NCBI GenBank assembly: GCA_002269645.1
Contig: NIVC01003669.1
Location: 1-64,000, forward strand
Direction: 5' to 3'
Source of the DNA: Macrostomum lignano
Taxonomy: Eukaryota
DNA: 64,000 nt
How positions within the stretch are numbered: the first letter of the stretch is position 1; each line of letters opens with the position of its first letter. Positions 21,633 to 34,599 of this stretch are shown one piece after another. Made by a program: the position numbers and the translations under genes. Under the pieces are notes generated by a model that did not search any database, was not told where the DNA came from, and was given only the letters and a program-made list of their open reading frames with translations.

Positions 21633-23448
21633 CTCTACCCTCCTGAGCTGCCAGGGCTGCCACGGCATCTTGGCTGAGGCCGCCGCCAGGCCTGTCTCCG
21701 TCGGCGTCGCCTTCGCCCTCCTCGGCCATGCGCAGTTTAGCCGCCTCAGAGCAGAGCTCGCGAGCTCGCTTTCCAGCCGGAGAGGCGGCCGATCCGATGG
21801 CCTCCTTGACCACGCCGTCGATGCTTAGCAGAGCGGCCTCGTAGTGCTTGGCCAGCAGGATCGCCGCGTCAGATTTGCCCGACAGCGGAGCGCCGTGCAC
21901 TATAATCGCGATGCCGCGGCGGTTGCGGCTGGCCCGACCTTCGTTAGACAGATCGATGCCCAGATAGCGGGCGATCGCCATGGAGACGGGCGTTGCTTCC
22001 AGCTCGGCTATTCCGGAGCCCCCGCTAGCCAGGGTGCGGTTCGAGGCCTCCCGCTCCGGCCCGCGCACTGGGGACGCCGCCACGACGCCGTCTTCGGCAT
22101 TGCTGGCGACTGGGACGTCCTCGCCGTTCTCCGCTGCGGCTGCGGCGGCTGCGGCGGCTTCGGCGGCATCCTGCCGGGCCTTCTCGGCCTCGTACTTGCG
22201 CAGCTGCTCGGCGTAGAACTCCAACAGCTCCGGGGGCAGCTTCTCGCCCGGCCGGCGGGGCGGCAGCAGCAGCGTGTTGTACTCATCGTAGCCGGGTATC
22301 TGCCTGAGGATTTTCTCCTCTTCCAAGTAGAACTTGTCGTACTCAAGGCTGTAGAACTCGATGGGGAAGTCGCACGGATTGCGGACGACAATTTCACGCT
22401 CAGCGCCGTCCTGAGCGAACGGCAGGATCGGGCCGAACTCGATCATGTTGCTGTCGAACTCCAGGCGAGGCTCCAGGCCCTGGCCGCGGCACATGACCAG
22501 CAGGCGCTGGGAGCTCTGCCCGATGCGCAGGTTCAGTCGGGACTCGTAGCTCCGCTCCTCTCTCGGTATGAACTTGATCTGCACGTTGAGCTTCTGGCCG
22601 GGCCGCAGGTCGCCAAAGCCGGGGATCATCTCGAAGACTGGCGCCTCGGGGCCGCGCGGAGTTCCCGCTGAGATGTCCTGCGATGACTGCACCTGCTGCT
22701 GCTGCTGACGGAGGTACAGCGGCGAAAATCTGTCGGCGGCTTTGCGACGCTTGCCGCGTTCGGTCAGCGCCGAGTCGGGGATGGCGGACCACTGGGCGGG
22801 CACCGGGGAGCAGTTGTGCAGCTGCACCGTCACCACCTTGGCCTCCGAGCAGTGGACGGTGTTGAAATCCACGAGGTCTCGGCTAACGGTCAGGCAGGGC
22901 ATTGTGACGTTGGCCTTCAGCAGCAGCGGCAGGCAGGGCCCGTTGACCAGGTTGATGAACACGCGGCACTGCACCGGCCCGAGCTCCAGGTTGGCGCCGC
23001 GCGGGTCGAAGCTGATCCGCAGGTTCTGCGTCTCCGACGGCGGCAGGTCGCGGACGCGCTCAACGTCGAAGGCGAACCCGAGAGCCCGGGAGTCGTTGCG
23101 ATTCACCCGGAAGGATAGCGGCGCGTGGCCGATGTTGGTGGCCCGGAAGGTCTTTGGTTCGACTCCGGAGAGCAGCACGTAGCCAAAGTCGAGCACGTAC
23201 TCCGGCAGGGTGGGGCGCAGGATCTTCGTGCGTCCGTCCATCGGCGGGTTGGCCTTCGCGAATTCGTCGACGAATCGCCTTTCGGCTTCCAGTTTGAGCT
23301 GGAGATCGTCCAGCTCGGGCTTCTCTTTGCGCACCTCGGCCTCCATTTCCTGGGCCTCCGGGCAGCGCGGGATGTCCAGGAAGAGGCGGGGGAACGAGGC
23401 CTCACCGCGGACTGTCACCTCCTTGGCTGGGAAGTGAGCGACTTGCAG
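21633..23448 (-). CDS. HYDIN: Hydin exon 14 (LQVAHFP...LPEYVLDFGY...GAPLSGKS...)
   Basis: Conserved LPEY.LDFGY, LLLPPR.PGEKLP and the Walker-A-like GAPLSGKS. GTGAGT donor, phase 1. Confidence 0.94.
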
Positions 23449-23544
23449 CTGCGGGATGATTTGAGGATTTCCGGGTTGGACTTTTGCTTTCGGTTGCCAC
23501 CTTCAACTTCCGGTTTTTTTTATTGAAGTTTCTGGTTTGTATTT

Positions 23545-23855
23545 TTAGCTTCCGGGTCCTACCACTAGCTTCCGGTTCCTATCATTAGCCTCCAAGTTCC
23601 CAAATGTATTAATAGCTTCCGGTTTCTATCAGTAGCTTCCGGTTCCTATCTGTAGTTTCTGGTTCCTATGCAGTAGCTTCCGGTTCCTATGCAGTAGCTT
23701 CCGGTTCCTATGCAGTAGGTTCCGGTTCCTATGCAGTAGGTTCCGGTTCCTATGCAGTAGGTTCCGGTTCATATGCAGTAGCTTCCGGTTCCTATGCAGT
23801 AGGTTCCGGTTCCTATGCAGTAGGTTCCGGTTCTTATCAGTAGCTTCCGGTTCCT
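23545..23855. repeat. Intronic minisatellite, 21-bp unit GCAGTAG(C/G)TTCCGGTTCCTAT
   Basis: Direct reading. Confidence 0.93.
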
Positions 23856-23891
23856 GCTGAAAATTTCCAATTTCAGCAAATTAAAACTAAC

Positions 23892-24359
23892 CTTGAACGT
23901 TCGCTGGAACTTGTCGGGATGTCCGGGATGGTACAGCACCCGCAGCTGCACTGTGGAGTCCGGCGACACAGTGCCGAAGGCTGGCCAAAGGATCGGCACT
24001 CCGACTGGCGGGATCGCGCCCTCCTCCAGCTGCGGCATGTCGGGCGCGGCGAAGGCGAACTCCACCCGGCCCCGGTTGGTGATGCTGAGCTCCGCCTCGG
24101 CGATCTGGTTGTACAGGACGCAGCCGTAGTCCACCTTGCAGGAGCTCAGCTCCGGCTCGATCAGCGAGGACTCGCCGCTGAGCCGTAGCTCGTAGTCCGG
24201 GCCGCCGTCGACCTCGCAGATGGCCGTCACCTGGGCTTCGATGTCCGGATGGCCGAAGAAGGTCAGCGTGAGCTGCTCGGTCATGCCCGGTGGGATGGTG
24301 CCGTGGATCGGCAGGATGTCGAACACCTCCTCGATGCCCAGCGGCACGATTTCCTTATC
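23892..24359 (-). CDS. HYDIN: Hydin exon 13 (DKEIVPLGIEEVFDILP...RTFK)
   Basis: Conserved GIEEVFDILP; 468 nt. Confidence 0.93.
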
Positions 24360-24394
24360 CTGTTGAAATGTTTCAGTATGTTTGTAGATAATTT

Positions 24395-24835
24395 AAGTGG
24401 AGATTTCCCTTGATTCTCAATCATTATAGTGGGAATTCCCCTCGATTCTCAATCATTATAGTGGGAATTCCCCTCGATTCTCAATCATTATAGTGGGGAT
24501 TCCCCTCGATTCTCAATCATTATACTGGGTATTTCCCTCGATTCTCAATCATTATAGTGGGTATTCCCCTAGATTCTCAATCATTATACTGGGTATTCCC
24601 CTCGATTGTCAATCATTATAGTGGGTATTTCCCTCGATTCTCAATTATTATAGTGGGGATTCCCCTCGATTCTCAATCATTATAGTGGGGATTCCCCTAG
24701 ATTCTCAATCATTATACTGGGTATTCCCCTCGATTCTCAATCATTATAGTGGGGATTCCCCTAGATTCTCAATCATTATACTGGGTATTCCCCTCGATTC
24801 TCAATCATTATAGTGGGGATTCCTCTCAATTCTCT
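24395..24835. repeat. Intronic minisatellite, 32-bp unit GATTCTCAATCATTATAGTGGGGATTCCCCTC
   Basis: About 13 copies. Confidence 0.95.
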
Positions 24836-24964
24836 TAGCTTAGAGTCAGAAGACCCTTTAAGCCTCAATGACTAGAATGGGGATTTCCCTTAATTGCCAA
24901 AGGGATTCCCTTGTTTCTCAAATATTTGAACGGGAATCCCCCCATGGTCCCGCTCTTCATTCAC

Positions 24965-25690
24965 CTGCTCGAGCAGTTCGCGCAGCTTCGGATTCAAGGA
25001 TCGTCGGGAACCCCGGCTGCCGCCGCTATTCTCCGCCGTCGACGGGCGCCCCTTCGGCTTGGCCGCCGCGGTGGTCGAGACGATCTCCAGCTGCTCGCGG
25101 TTGTCAGCCTCATCCTTCTGAGCGAACAGCTGCGGCACCGAGGCCTCGTTATCGCCCTCCCTGATCGCTCGTCGGGGCACCACAATTTCTTCAACAACTT
25201 CGTCGGCTGTGTCCGATTTCTCTGTTCCGGAATCTTTCTCGGCGGCGTCGACAACTACAACGGCGGGCGGCGGCGGCTCGAGCTCGGACTCGTAGACTTC
25301 GGTGTCGCCATCGGCCGGGCTCTCGCAGTCCTGCAGGCGCATCGCGTCCGGGCTGCGGCTTCGATAGCGGTGGAAGAAGATGTTCGGTCTGTCCTCGCCG
25401 ATCAGGAACTTCCACCGGTAGGTGACCGGCAGCGGCGAGGTGTTGGTGACGTTGAGGTACCTGGTGACCTCCGTGTGGTTCAGGATGCAGCCGAAGTTCA
25501 CTTGATCCTTCTCGAAGGCCAGGTTGGGGAAGTGGACCTCGCCGCGGAGCGGCACTCGGTCAACGTGCGGATGCTCGCGGTATTCGACGGTGAGGAACTC
25601 ACCGGCCACGCGGCTGTGCAGGTCGGTTTTGTAGGACGGGTCGAATTGAACTCGAAGATCGAGCGAGTCGCCGATCTCCAGGGTGACGCT
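24965..25690 (-). CDS. HYDIN: Hydin exon 12 (SVTLEIG...RGEVHFPNL...FGCILN...LLEQ)
   Basis: Conserved LRGEVH(F/Y)PNL and FGCILN; 726 nt, phase 0->0. Confidence 0.93.
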
Positions 25691-25839
25691 CTGCGGTGCC
25701 AATCGGGATAGAAGTGCTTTTGCAATGTTTTTAAAGATTTTGAGTCCTAGCTCTCAATAACCTATTGAGGTCTTTTATGTGGATTTCCAGATTGAAGAGA
25801 ATTAAAGTAGGGATTTCCCTCCATTCTATAAAATTGAAG

Positions 25840-26600
25840 GGGGTTCCCTTCAATTTCCAAGATTAGAGTGGGACTTCCGAAAGATTCGAGAAGATTCACT
25901 CGAAAAGATTCGAATGAGAGGATTCCCCTCTGCGTCACTCTCTTAAAGAATCGAATGGGGATTCCTCTCTGGGTCGCTTTAAGATTGAAATGGTGATCCC
26001 CCTCTGTACTTCTTAAAGATTCAAATGGGGATCCCCCTCTGTACTTCTTAAAGATTCGAGTGAGGATTCCCCTGTGTATTTCTTAAAGATTCGAATAGGG
26101 ATTCCCCCTGGGATTCCCTTCTGGGATTCCTCCCTGGAATTCCCCTCTGGGATTCCCCTCTGGGATTCCCCTCTGGGATTCCCTATGGGATTCCATTTCC
26201 GGGATTCCCCTCTGCGTCACTCTCTTAAAGAATCGAATGGGGATTCCCCTCTGGGTCGCTTTAAGATTGAAATGGTGATTCCCCTCTGTACTTCTTAAAG
26301 ATTCAAATGGGGATCCCCCTCTGTACTTCTTAAAGATTCGAGTGAGGATTCCCCTGTGTATTTCTTAAAGATTCGAATAGGGATTCCCCCTGGGATTCCC
26401 TTCTGGGATTCCTCCCTGGAATTCCCCTCTGGGATTCCCCTCTGGGATTCCCCTATGGGATTCCCCTCTGGGATTCCCCTATGGGATTCCCCTATGGGAT
26501 TCCCCTATGGGATTCCCCTATGGGATTCCATTTCCGGGATTCCCCTATGAAATTCCCTTCTATGAGTCTCAAAGATTGGAGTGGGATTCCCCTCTCTGAT
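25840..26600. repeat. Intronic GGGATTCCCC-based array with a 282-bp higher-order duplication
   Basis: Block starting at 25921 recurs at 26203. Confidence 0.9.
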
Positions 26601-26636
26601 TCTCATGTGTTAGTCAACCATGACAGCTATACTCAC

Positions 26637-26774
26637 GGTCTCTAAACTGAGCCCCGAGTCGGAGGCCACCAGCTGGAACGGGTAGCTGACGGAGATTCTG
26701 CAGTGCAGCTGGAGGCCGGACACATTCTCCAGGCTGAGCGGCTGGGTCAGGCACTCCAGCTCCTCGTGCTGAAG
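26637..26774 (-). CDS. HYDIN: Hydin exon 11 (LQHEELECLTQPLSLEN...SLET)
   Basis: CAG acceptor (tandem CAG at 26768 is an alternative), GTGAGT donor, 138 nt. Confidence 0.82.
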
Positions 26775-26899
26775 CTGGGGGTTCGGTGAGTACAGAGTTT
26801 TTGAGACATGGTGATATTTTATATTCAAAGTTACTTAAAATAACAATTTGCTTAGGTGAGGATTCACTCTATTAAATTTATTCACAATGACCGCTCGTT

Positions 26900-27700
26900 C
26901 AAATGACTATTCACTAATAGTGACCATTCACTGAAAATTACTATTCAGTAAAAACTATTCACTGAAAATGACTATTCACTAAAATGACTATTCACTAAAA
27001 ATGACTATTCACTCGAAATGACTATTCACTCAAAATGACTATTCACTCAAAATGACTATTCATTCACTCAAAATGACTATTCATTCACTTAAAATGACTA
27101 TTCACTCAAAATGAAAGTTCACTCAAAATGAAAGTTCACTCAAAATGACTATTCATTCACTCAAAATGACTATTCACTCAAAATGAAAGTTCACTCAAAA
27201 TGAAAGTTCACTCAAAATGACTATTCATTCACTCAAAATGAAAGTTCACTCAAAATGACTATTCATTCACTTAAAATGACTATTCACTCAAAATGAAAGT
27301 TCACTCAAAATGAAAGTTCACTCAAAATGACTATTCATTCACTCAAAATGACTATTCACTCAAAATAAATGTTCACTCAAAATGACTATTCATTCACTCA
27401 AAATGACTATTCATTCACTCAAAATGACTATTCACTCAAAATGACTATTCACTCAAAATGACTATTCACTCAAAATGACTATTCACTCAAAATGACTATT
27501 CACTCAAAATGACTATTCACTCAAAATGACTATTCACTCAAAATGATTATTCACTCAAAATGACTATTCACTCAAAATGACTATTCACTCAAAATGACTA
27601 TTCACTCAAAATGACTATTCACTCAAAATGACTATTCACTCAAAATGACTATTCACTCAAAATGACTATTCACTAAAAATGACCATTCACGATTCACTAA
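26900..27700. repeat. Intronic minisatellite, 17-bp unit AAAATGACTATTCACTC
   Basis: Direct reading. Confidence 0.95.
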
Positions 27701-27720
27701 AAGCTCCGCTAGTCGCTCAC

Positions 27721-28167
27721 CTTCTCAACCCTGAAGTAGAGCTGCGGTGAGCTGAATCGCACCATGGGGTTGACAAAGTCAACGCACAGATTCACCCGCT
27801 TGATCAGCTCCTTGCCGCCCTGCCGGCCGATGATGGCGTGGCACAGCAGCGTCTCCTCCACCCTGGCCGGCTCGTCCACCCGGCCGCGCAGTTGAATCTC
27901 GGCCGACTGTCCGGGTGTCAGGTCGAACCGGTGCGGCGTCACGGAGAAAATCGGCGCAGTCACGTGATCGGAGTTGGCGGCCATGGCCTGGCGGACAGCC
28001 TTCACGTGACTGTAGCCTTCGGTGGTCCACACCAGCTGCTGGTGCCGGCGGCCGCTGTTGCGGACCACAAAGCGGCGAACGAAATCCGTCTTGCTGAACT
28101 GCGGACCGAGGTCCATGGCCTCGGGCATATCCGGGTCTGTCACGATGGTCGTGCCCTGGCCGTACGC
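27721..28167 (-). CDS. HYDIN: Hydin exon 10 (AYGQGTTIV...GRRHQQLVW...RVEK)
   Basis: Conserved GRR.QQL.W and CHAIIG; phase 0->0. Confidence 0.92.
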
Positions 28168-28214
28168 CTGCGGTGAGTTCGGGTGGGATTTGGGTTGCTA
28201 TGCCCCCTGTCTCA

Positions 28215-29185
28215 TGATCCTCTCCTCTCAGTCTCCTCTCTACTGCCCCTCACTGTCTCCTCCCTCTCTCCCTCACTGTCTCCTCCCTCTCTCCCTCACT
28301 GTCTCCTCCCTCTCTCCCTCACTGTCTCCTCCCTCTCTCCCTCACTGTTTCCTCCCTCTCTCCATCCCTGTCTCCTCCCTCTCCCTCACTGTCTCCTCCC
28401 TCTCCCTCACTGTCTCCTCCCTCTCCCTCACTGTTTCCTCCCTCTCCCTCACTGTCTTCTCCCTCTCCCTCACTGTTTCCTCCCTCTCCCTCACTGTCTC
28501 CTCCCTCTCTCCATCCCTGTCTCCTCCCTCTCCCTCACTGTCTTCTCCCTCTCCCTCACTGTTTCCTCCCTCTCCCTCACTGTTTCCTCCCTCTCCCTCA
28601 CTGTTTCCTCCCTCTCTCCCTCACTGTCTCCTCCCTCTCCCTCACTGTCTCCTCCCTCTCTCCCTCACTGTTTCCTCCCTCTCCCTCACTGTTTCCTTCC
28701 TCTCTCCATCCCTGTCTCCTCCCTCTCCCTCACTGTCTCCTCCCTCTCCCTCACTGTTTCCTCCCTCTCTCCCTCACTGTCTCCTCCCTCTCCCTCACTG
28801 TCTCCTCCCTCTCTCCTCACTGTCTCCTCCCTCTCCCTCACTGTTTCCTCCCTCTCTCCATCCCTGTCTCCTCCCTCTCCCTCACTGTCTCCTCCCTCTC
28901 CCTCACTGTTTCCTCCCTCTCTCCCTCACTGTCTCCTCCCTCTCCCTCACTGTCTCCTCCCTCTCTCCCTCACTGTCTCCTCCCTCTCCCTCACTGTTTC
29001 CTCCCTCTCCCTCACTGTCTCCTCCCTCTCCCTCACTGTCTCCTCCCTCTCTCCATCCCTGTCTCCTCCCTCTCTCCCTCACTGTCTCCTCCCTCTCTCC
29101 CTCACTGTCTCCTCCCTCTCTCCCTCACTGTCTCCTCCCTCTCTCCCTCACTGTCTCCTCCCTCTCTCCCTCACTGTCTCACTGT
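28215..29185. repeat. Intronic minisatellite, 20-22-bp unit CACTGTCTCCTCCCTCTC(TC)CCT
   Basis: Direct reading. Confidence 0.95.
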
Positions 29186-29214
29186 CCCTGCATGCGCCTC
29201 CTCCCTCATCTCAC

Positions 29215-29649
29215 CTGCAGAGCCACCTGTTTGGGATTCTCATTCTTGACCTGCACCAGCAGTTTGTCCTGAAACCGCAGGCAGTCATTCAAATTGGCAA
29301 TGAGAGTCAGTCGAGCGGTCTGATTGGGTTCAATCACTCCGACATCCGGTACCACCCGGAACTGCGAGTCCTTCCTGGCCAGCTGGCAGGCGAACTCAGC
29401 CGGTATCAGCGACTCGTTGCTCAGGCAGATCTCCCGGGGGATGTCGGTCAGCACCGGCACCTTGCCGAAGTCCAAGTCGTAGGGTGTCACGTGGACAACC
29501 GGGCCCTCGCCGAAGCACTTGATGCAGACAACCAGCGGAGGCTGATCGCTGCCAAATATCTTGATGTAGGCCAGCTCCTCGCGCTCTTCGACCTCCCTGA
29601 CTGCCACAGTCAGCGGCATTTGGAATGTGGACTTCGGCTGGATAATGCC
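29215..29649 (-). CDS. HYDIN: Hydin exon 9 (GIIQPKS...IFGSDQPPL...VALQ)
   Basis: Conserved IFGS..PPL and GEGPV; phase 0->0. Confidence 0.92.
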
Positions 29650-29699
29650 CTGCAGTGTTGTGTTTGGCAGTGTTTGATGACTAGTGCACATTGTTCACC

Positions 29700-30300
29700 A
29701 GGACTATGAATGTACATTGTACGCAAAGACTATGAATGTACATTGTACACAGACTATGAATGCACATTGTACACAAAGACTATGAATGTACATTGTACGC
29801 AAGGACTATGAATGTACATTGTACGCAAAGACTATGAATGTACATTGTACGCAAAGACTAAATGCATTTTGTACACACAAAGACTATGAATGTACATTGT
29901 ACGCAAAGACTATGAATGTACATTGTACGCAAAGACTATGAATGTACATTGTACGCAAAGACTATGAATGTACATTGTACACAAAGACTATGAATGTACA
30001 TTGTACGCAAAGACTATGAATGTACATTGTACACAAAGACTATGAATGTACATTGTACGCAAAGACTATGAATGTACATTGTACACAAAGACTATGAATG
30101 TACATTGTACGCAAAGACTATGAATGTACATTGTACACAGACTATGAATGCACATTGTACAGTGTACACAAAGACTATGAATGTACATTGTACGCAAAGA
30201 CTATGAATGTAAATTGTACGCAAAGACTATGAATGTACATTGTACGCAAAGACTATGAATGTACATTGTACACAAAGACTAAATGCACATTGTACGCCAT
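29700..30300. repeat. Intronic minisatellite, 26-bp unit AAGACTATGAATGTACATTGTACGCA
   Basis: Direct reading; contains the 10-bp palindrome AATGTACATT. Confidence 0.95.
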
Positions 30301-30341
30301 GATTTTGGATACACTATACGAGCGTACACAACAGTACCAAC

Positions 30342-30531
30342 CTTCGGCTTCGGGCTAAAGTACACAATGGAAGTCAGTTCAGGATTCTCCTGCGGCAGCA
30401 GCTCGTACTTGGCTGGCAGATCCGTGTTGTTCACCAAGCCCACCGTGCGCTGGTCGGGGTAGGGGTGGTTCAGGAACAGCCTGTGATAGTCGAGCACGTT
30501 CTGCTCCAGCATGATGTCCGGCACAATGGAC
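30342..30531 (-). CDS. HYDIN: Hydin exon 8 (SIVPDIML...FSPKPK)
   Basis: ORF match, phase 2->0, 190 nt. Confidence 0.88.
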
Positions 30532-30574
30532 CTGGGTAGAGGGCACAGGCTTGGATATGCAGTATATGAATCGA

Positions 30575-31010
30575 CTAAAGATGCTTAATCTGCAGCTTGA
30601 AGATGCTTAATCTACATCTTTGAGCAGGCTTAATCTACATCTTTGAGCAGGCTTAATCTAAATCTTTGAGCAGGCTTAATCTACATCTTTGAGCAGGCTT
30701 AATCTACATCTTTGAGCAGGCTTAATCTACATCTTTGAGCAGGCTTAATCTACATCTTTGAGCAGGCTTAATCTAAATCTTTGAGAAGGCTTAATCTACA
30801 TCTTTGAGCAGGCTTAATCTACAGCTTTGAGAAGCTTAATCTACAGCTTTGAGAAGGCTTAATCTACAGCTTTGAGAAGGCTTAATCTACATCTTTGAGA
30901 AGGCTTAATCTACAGCTTTGAGCAGGCTTAATCTACAGCTTTGAGAAGGCTTAATCTACATCTTTGAGCAGGCTTAATCTATATCTTTGAGCAGGCTTAA
31001 TCTACAGCAG
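30575..31010. repeat. Intronic minisatellite, 23-bp unit GCAGGCTTAATCTACATCTTTGA
   Basis: Direct reading. Confidence 0.95.
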
Positions 31011-31083
31011 ATTGCACCCCGACCAATCTGTAGTTGAGGAAATTCAAAAGTTCTCAGTGCTCTCATCTGCTACAGCCACTCAC

Positions 31084-31482
31084 TTGGCCACAATGGGAAT
31101 CGCCAGAACCTCCTGGCCGACATTTTCCACATCCACCACCAAGGAGCTCTTGAACTTGGCGCTGCAGTTGGCGGTCAGCGTCACCGCCACTCTGACGCTG
31201 CTCATCGCGTCCAGGTGACCGCTCTCCGGGTCGATGCTGAACTCCTGCGGCGGCCCGGCTCGGTAGGCCGTTCGGGGCGAGGAGCTGCTGTCCTCGGCGT
31301 CCTCGTCCAGAGCGCACACCGGGCGTCCTTGGCCGTCGCCGGGCACGCGCAGACGGAAGTCCATGGGGATCAGCGAGGTGTTGTTCAGCATGACGGTCTG
31401 GGTGGCCGGGAAGCCCAGCGAGACGGGGCCAAAGCGCAGTTCGGGCGTCTCGAAGTGGAAGGTCGGACCGATGACCGAGCCG
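31084..31482 (-). CDS. HYDIN: Hydin exon 7 (GSVIGPTFHF...NNTSLIPM...IVA)
   Basis: Conserved VIGPTFHF and LNNTSLIPM; phase 2->2. Confidence 0.93.
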
Positions 31483-31544
31483 CTGGAGGGGAGAGAGAGG
31501 CTTGCAACCTTGCGGACTGGGGAGATGAGATGGGGGAAAGCGAG

Positions 31545-32575
31545 GGAAGAGAGGAGATGCAGAGACAAAGAGGAGGTGCAGGGTCAGAGAGGAGATGCAG
31601 GGATAGAGAGGAGATGCAGGGATAGAGAGGAGATGCAGGGATAGAGAGGAGATAAAGGGGCAGAGAGGAGATGCAGGGGCAGAGAGGAGATGCAGGGCAG
31701 AGAGGAGATGCAGGGCAGGGAGGAGATGCAGGGCAGGGAGTAGATGCAGGGCAGGAAGGAGATGCAGGGCAGGGAGGAGATGCAGGGCAGAGAGGAGATG
31801 CAGGGCAGAGAGGAGATGCAGGGGCAGAGAGGAGATGCAGGGCAGAGAGGAGATGCAGGGGCAGAGAGGAGATGCAGGGCAGAGAGGAGATGCAGGGCAG
31901 AGAGGAGATGCAGGGGCAGAGAGGAGATGCAGGGCAGAGAGGAGATGCAGGGCAGGGAGGAGATGCAGGGCAGAGAGGAGATGCAGGGCAGAGAGGAGAT
32001 ACAGGGGCAGAGAGGAGATGCAGGGCAGAGAGGAGATGCAGGGACAGGAAGGAGATGCAGGGCAGGGAGGAGATGCAGGGCAGGGAGGAGATGCAGGGCA
32101 GAGAGGAGATGCAGGGCAGAGAGGAGATGCAGGGCAGAGAGGAGATGCAGGGGCAGAGAGGAGATGCAGGGCAGAGAGGAGATGCAGGGCAGAGAGGAGA
32201 TGCAGGGCAGAGAGGAGATGCAGGGGCAGAGAGGAGATGCAGGGGCAGAGAGGAGATGCAGGGCAGAGAGGAGATGCAGGGCAGAGAGGAGATGCAGGGC
32301 AGAGAGGAGATGCAGGGGCAGAGAGGAGATGCAGGACAGAGAGGAGATGCAGGGCAGAGAGGAGATGCAGGGCAGAGAGGAGATGCAGGGCAGAGAGGAG
32401 ATGCAGGGCAGAGAGGAGATGCAGGGGCAGAGAGGAGATGCAGGACAGAGAGGAGATGCAGGGCAGAGAGGAGATGCAGGGCAGAGAGGAGATGCAGGGC
32501 AGAGAGGAGATGCAGGGCAGAGAGGAGATGCAGGGCAGAGAGGAGATGCAGGGCAGAGAGGAGATGCAGAGGACG
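31545..32575. repeat. Intronic minisatellite, 18-19-bp unit GCAGGGCAGAGAGGAGAT
   Basis: Direct reading. Confidence 0.96.
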
Positions 32576-32587
32576 CAGAGGCCTCAC

Positions 32588-33042
32588 CGGAAGTTGACGG
32601 ACAGCGTGTCCGGCGAGCCCTCCAGCTGGAAGTGAAAATTCTCGTCGAAGTCGCCCAGCATGGCCGAGCAGAAGCGGATGTGGATGGCCTGATGGCCGCC
32701 CGGAGACACGATGCCATCGTCCGGGTGGAATTGAAAGCACTTGGCGAACTGGCTGTTGCTAGGCTGAATCTTGTAAATCGCATCGATGTGGCCTTTGTTC
32801 GCGAGCACGAGCTCGTAGGTGTGCACGGAGTTCACGAACAGGAAGCCCAGGTCGAGACTGTCGAAGCTGAACTGAATTTTCGGGCCAACCCCGATGCCGG
32901 TGACCTTCAAGGCCAGGCGGGTCTGCCGGCCGGTGACGTCGCAGAACACGGTGCGATTGTAGGTGGTGGCCTCCCCCGGGCGGAAGGTCAGCGTGACCTC
33001 CCGGCTGCTGTTCGGCCAGACCTCGCCGGACACCGGATTCAC
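32588..33042 (-). CDS. HYDIN: Hydin exon 6 (VNPVSGEVWPNS...SVNF)
   Basis: Conserved G(E/D)VWPNS and NKGHIDA; phase 0->2. Confidence 0.93.
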
Positions 33043-33099
33043 CTGCATGGTTGCATCAGATTTTTGGATCATTAACCAAGATTTGTTTGAACCATTCGA

Positions 33100-33950
33100 G
33101 ACCAACCAATGTGAATCATCCAAGATCCTTGTGAATCATCCAAGATCCTTGTGAATCATCCAAGATCCTTGTGAATCATCCAAGATCCTTGTGAATTATC
33201 CAAGATCCTTGTGAATCATTCAAGATCCTTGTGAATCATCCAAGATCCTTGTGAATCATTCAAGATCCTTGTGAATTATCCAAGATCCTTGTGAATCATC
33301 CAAGATCCTTGTGAATCATCCAAGATCCTTGTGAATCATCCAAGATCCTTGTGAATCATCCAAGATCCTTGTGAATCATCCAAGATCCTTGTGAATCACC
33401 CAAGATCCTTGTGAATCATCCAAGATCCTTGTGAATCATCCAAGATCCTTGTGAATCATCCAAGATCCTTGTGAATCATCCAAGATCCTTGTGAATTATC
33501 CAAGATCCTTGTGAAGCATTCAAGATCCTTGTGAATCATCCAAGATCCTTGTGAATCACCCAAGATCCTTGTGAATCATCCAAGATCCTTGTGAATCATC
33601 CAAGATCCTTGTGAATCATCCAAGATCCTTGTGAATCATTCAAGATCCTTGTGAATCATTAAGGATCCTTGTGAATCATTCAAGATCCTTGTGAATCATT
33701 CAAGACCACTGTGAATCATCCAAGATCACTGTGAATCATTCAAGACCCTTGTGAATCATTCAAGACCCTTGTGAACCACTCAAGACCCTTGTAAATCAAT
33801 TAAGACCATTGTGAATCATCCAAGCCCCTTATGAACCATTCAAGACACTTGTGAGTTATCCAAGACCATTGTAAATCATCTAAGATCATTGTGAATTATC
33901 CAAGACCATCGTGAATCATCCAATACCATTTTGAATTCATCAAATGACAT
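33100..33950. repeat. Intronic minisatellite, 20-bp unit GTGAATCATCCAAGATCCTT
   Basis: Direct reading. Confidence 0.96.
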
Positions 33951-34049
33951 CCGTGATAGTCAGAGACCAGTTTATACGATAAAAAACGGTAAAAATAACT
34001 TTAAAAAAGTGGTGTAAAAACCACACAAAATCCCCGACAAAAAACCAAC

Positions 34050-34548
34050 CTGTAGCACGTCATCCTCAAAGACGAGCTCATTATCCTCGATCTGCTTTCT
34101 CCTATTCAGAAAGCTGCGATTAATGATGGCCATCTTGTCCTTGACAGTGGGATCAGCTCCCAGCTCCTCGGCAAATCGCTTCATCTCCGCCTGTCGATCA
34201 ATATCCGACAGTCTCTCCAGCATCTCGCGCTCCATCTCCTCTTCCAGGGCGGTGGCAAATTTGGTGAATCGAAAACTGGCCATCGCGTCGCTGCGGTTCA
34301 CGATGGTGACTGCGCGCTGGTTGGCCAGCCCGACGTACGTGCTCTCGATGCGGATGGCGCTTTTGTCCAGGCGGACGTTCACGTCCTGACCGACGCCCGT
34401 CAGGGACATGTAGATTCTCTCGCCTGTGTCGTATTCGATCTCCAGGTCGCCCTGGTGCGGCTCCGAGGTCTGCGGCTCGAATGCGACGCAGACTTGCAGG
34501 GACTCTTGGATGGCCAGGGTGCCAGTGCTCGGGGTGACGTGGAATGGG
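34050..34548 (-). CDS. HYDIN: Hydin exon 5 (PFHVTP...YDTGE...DDVLQ)
   Basis: ORF match, phase 2->0, 499 nt. Confidence 0.92.
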
Positions 34549-34599
34549 CTGCGGGTTTGGGATGTCAGACTGGAGATTCGATGTGGCAGAATAAATTTC

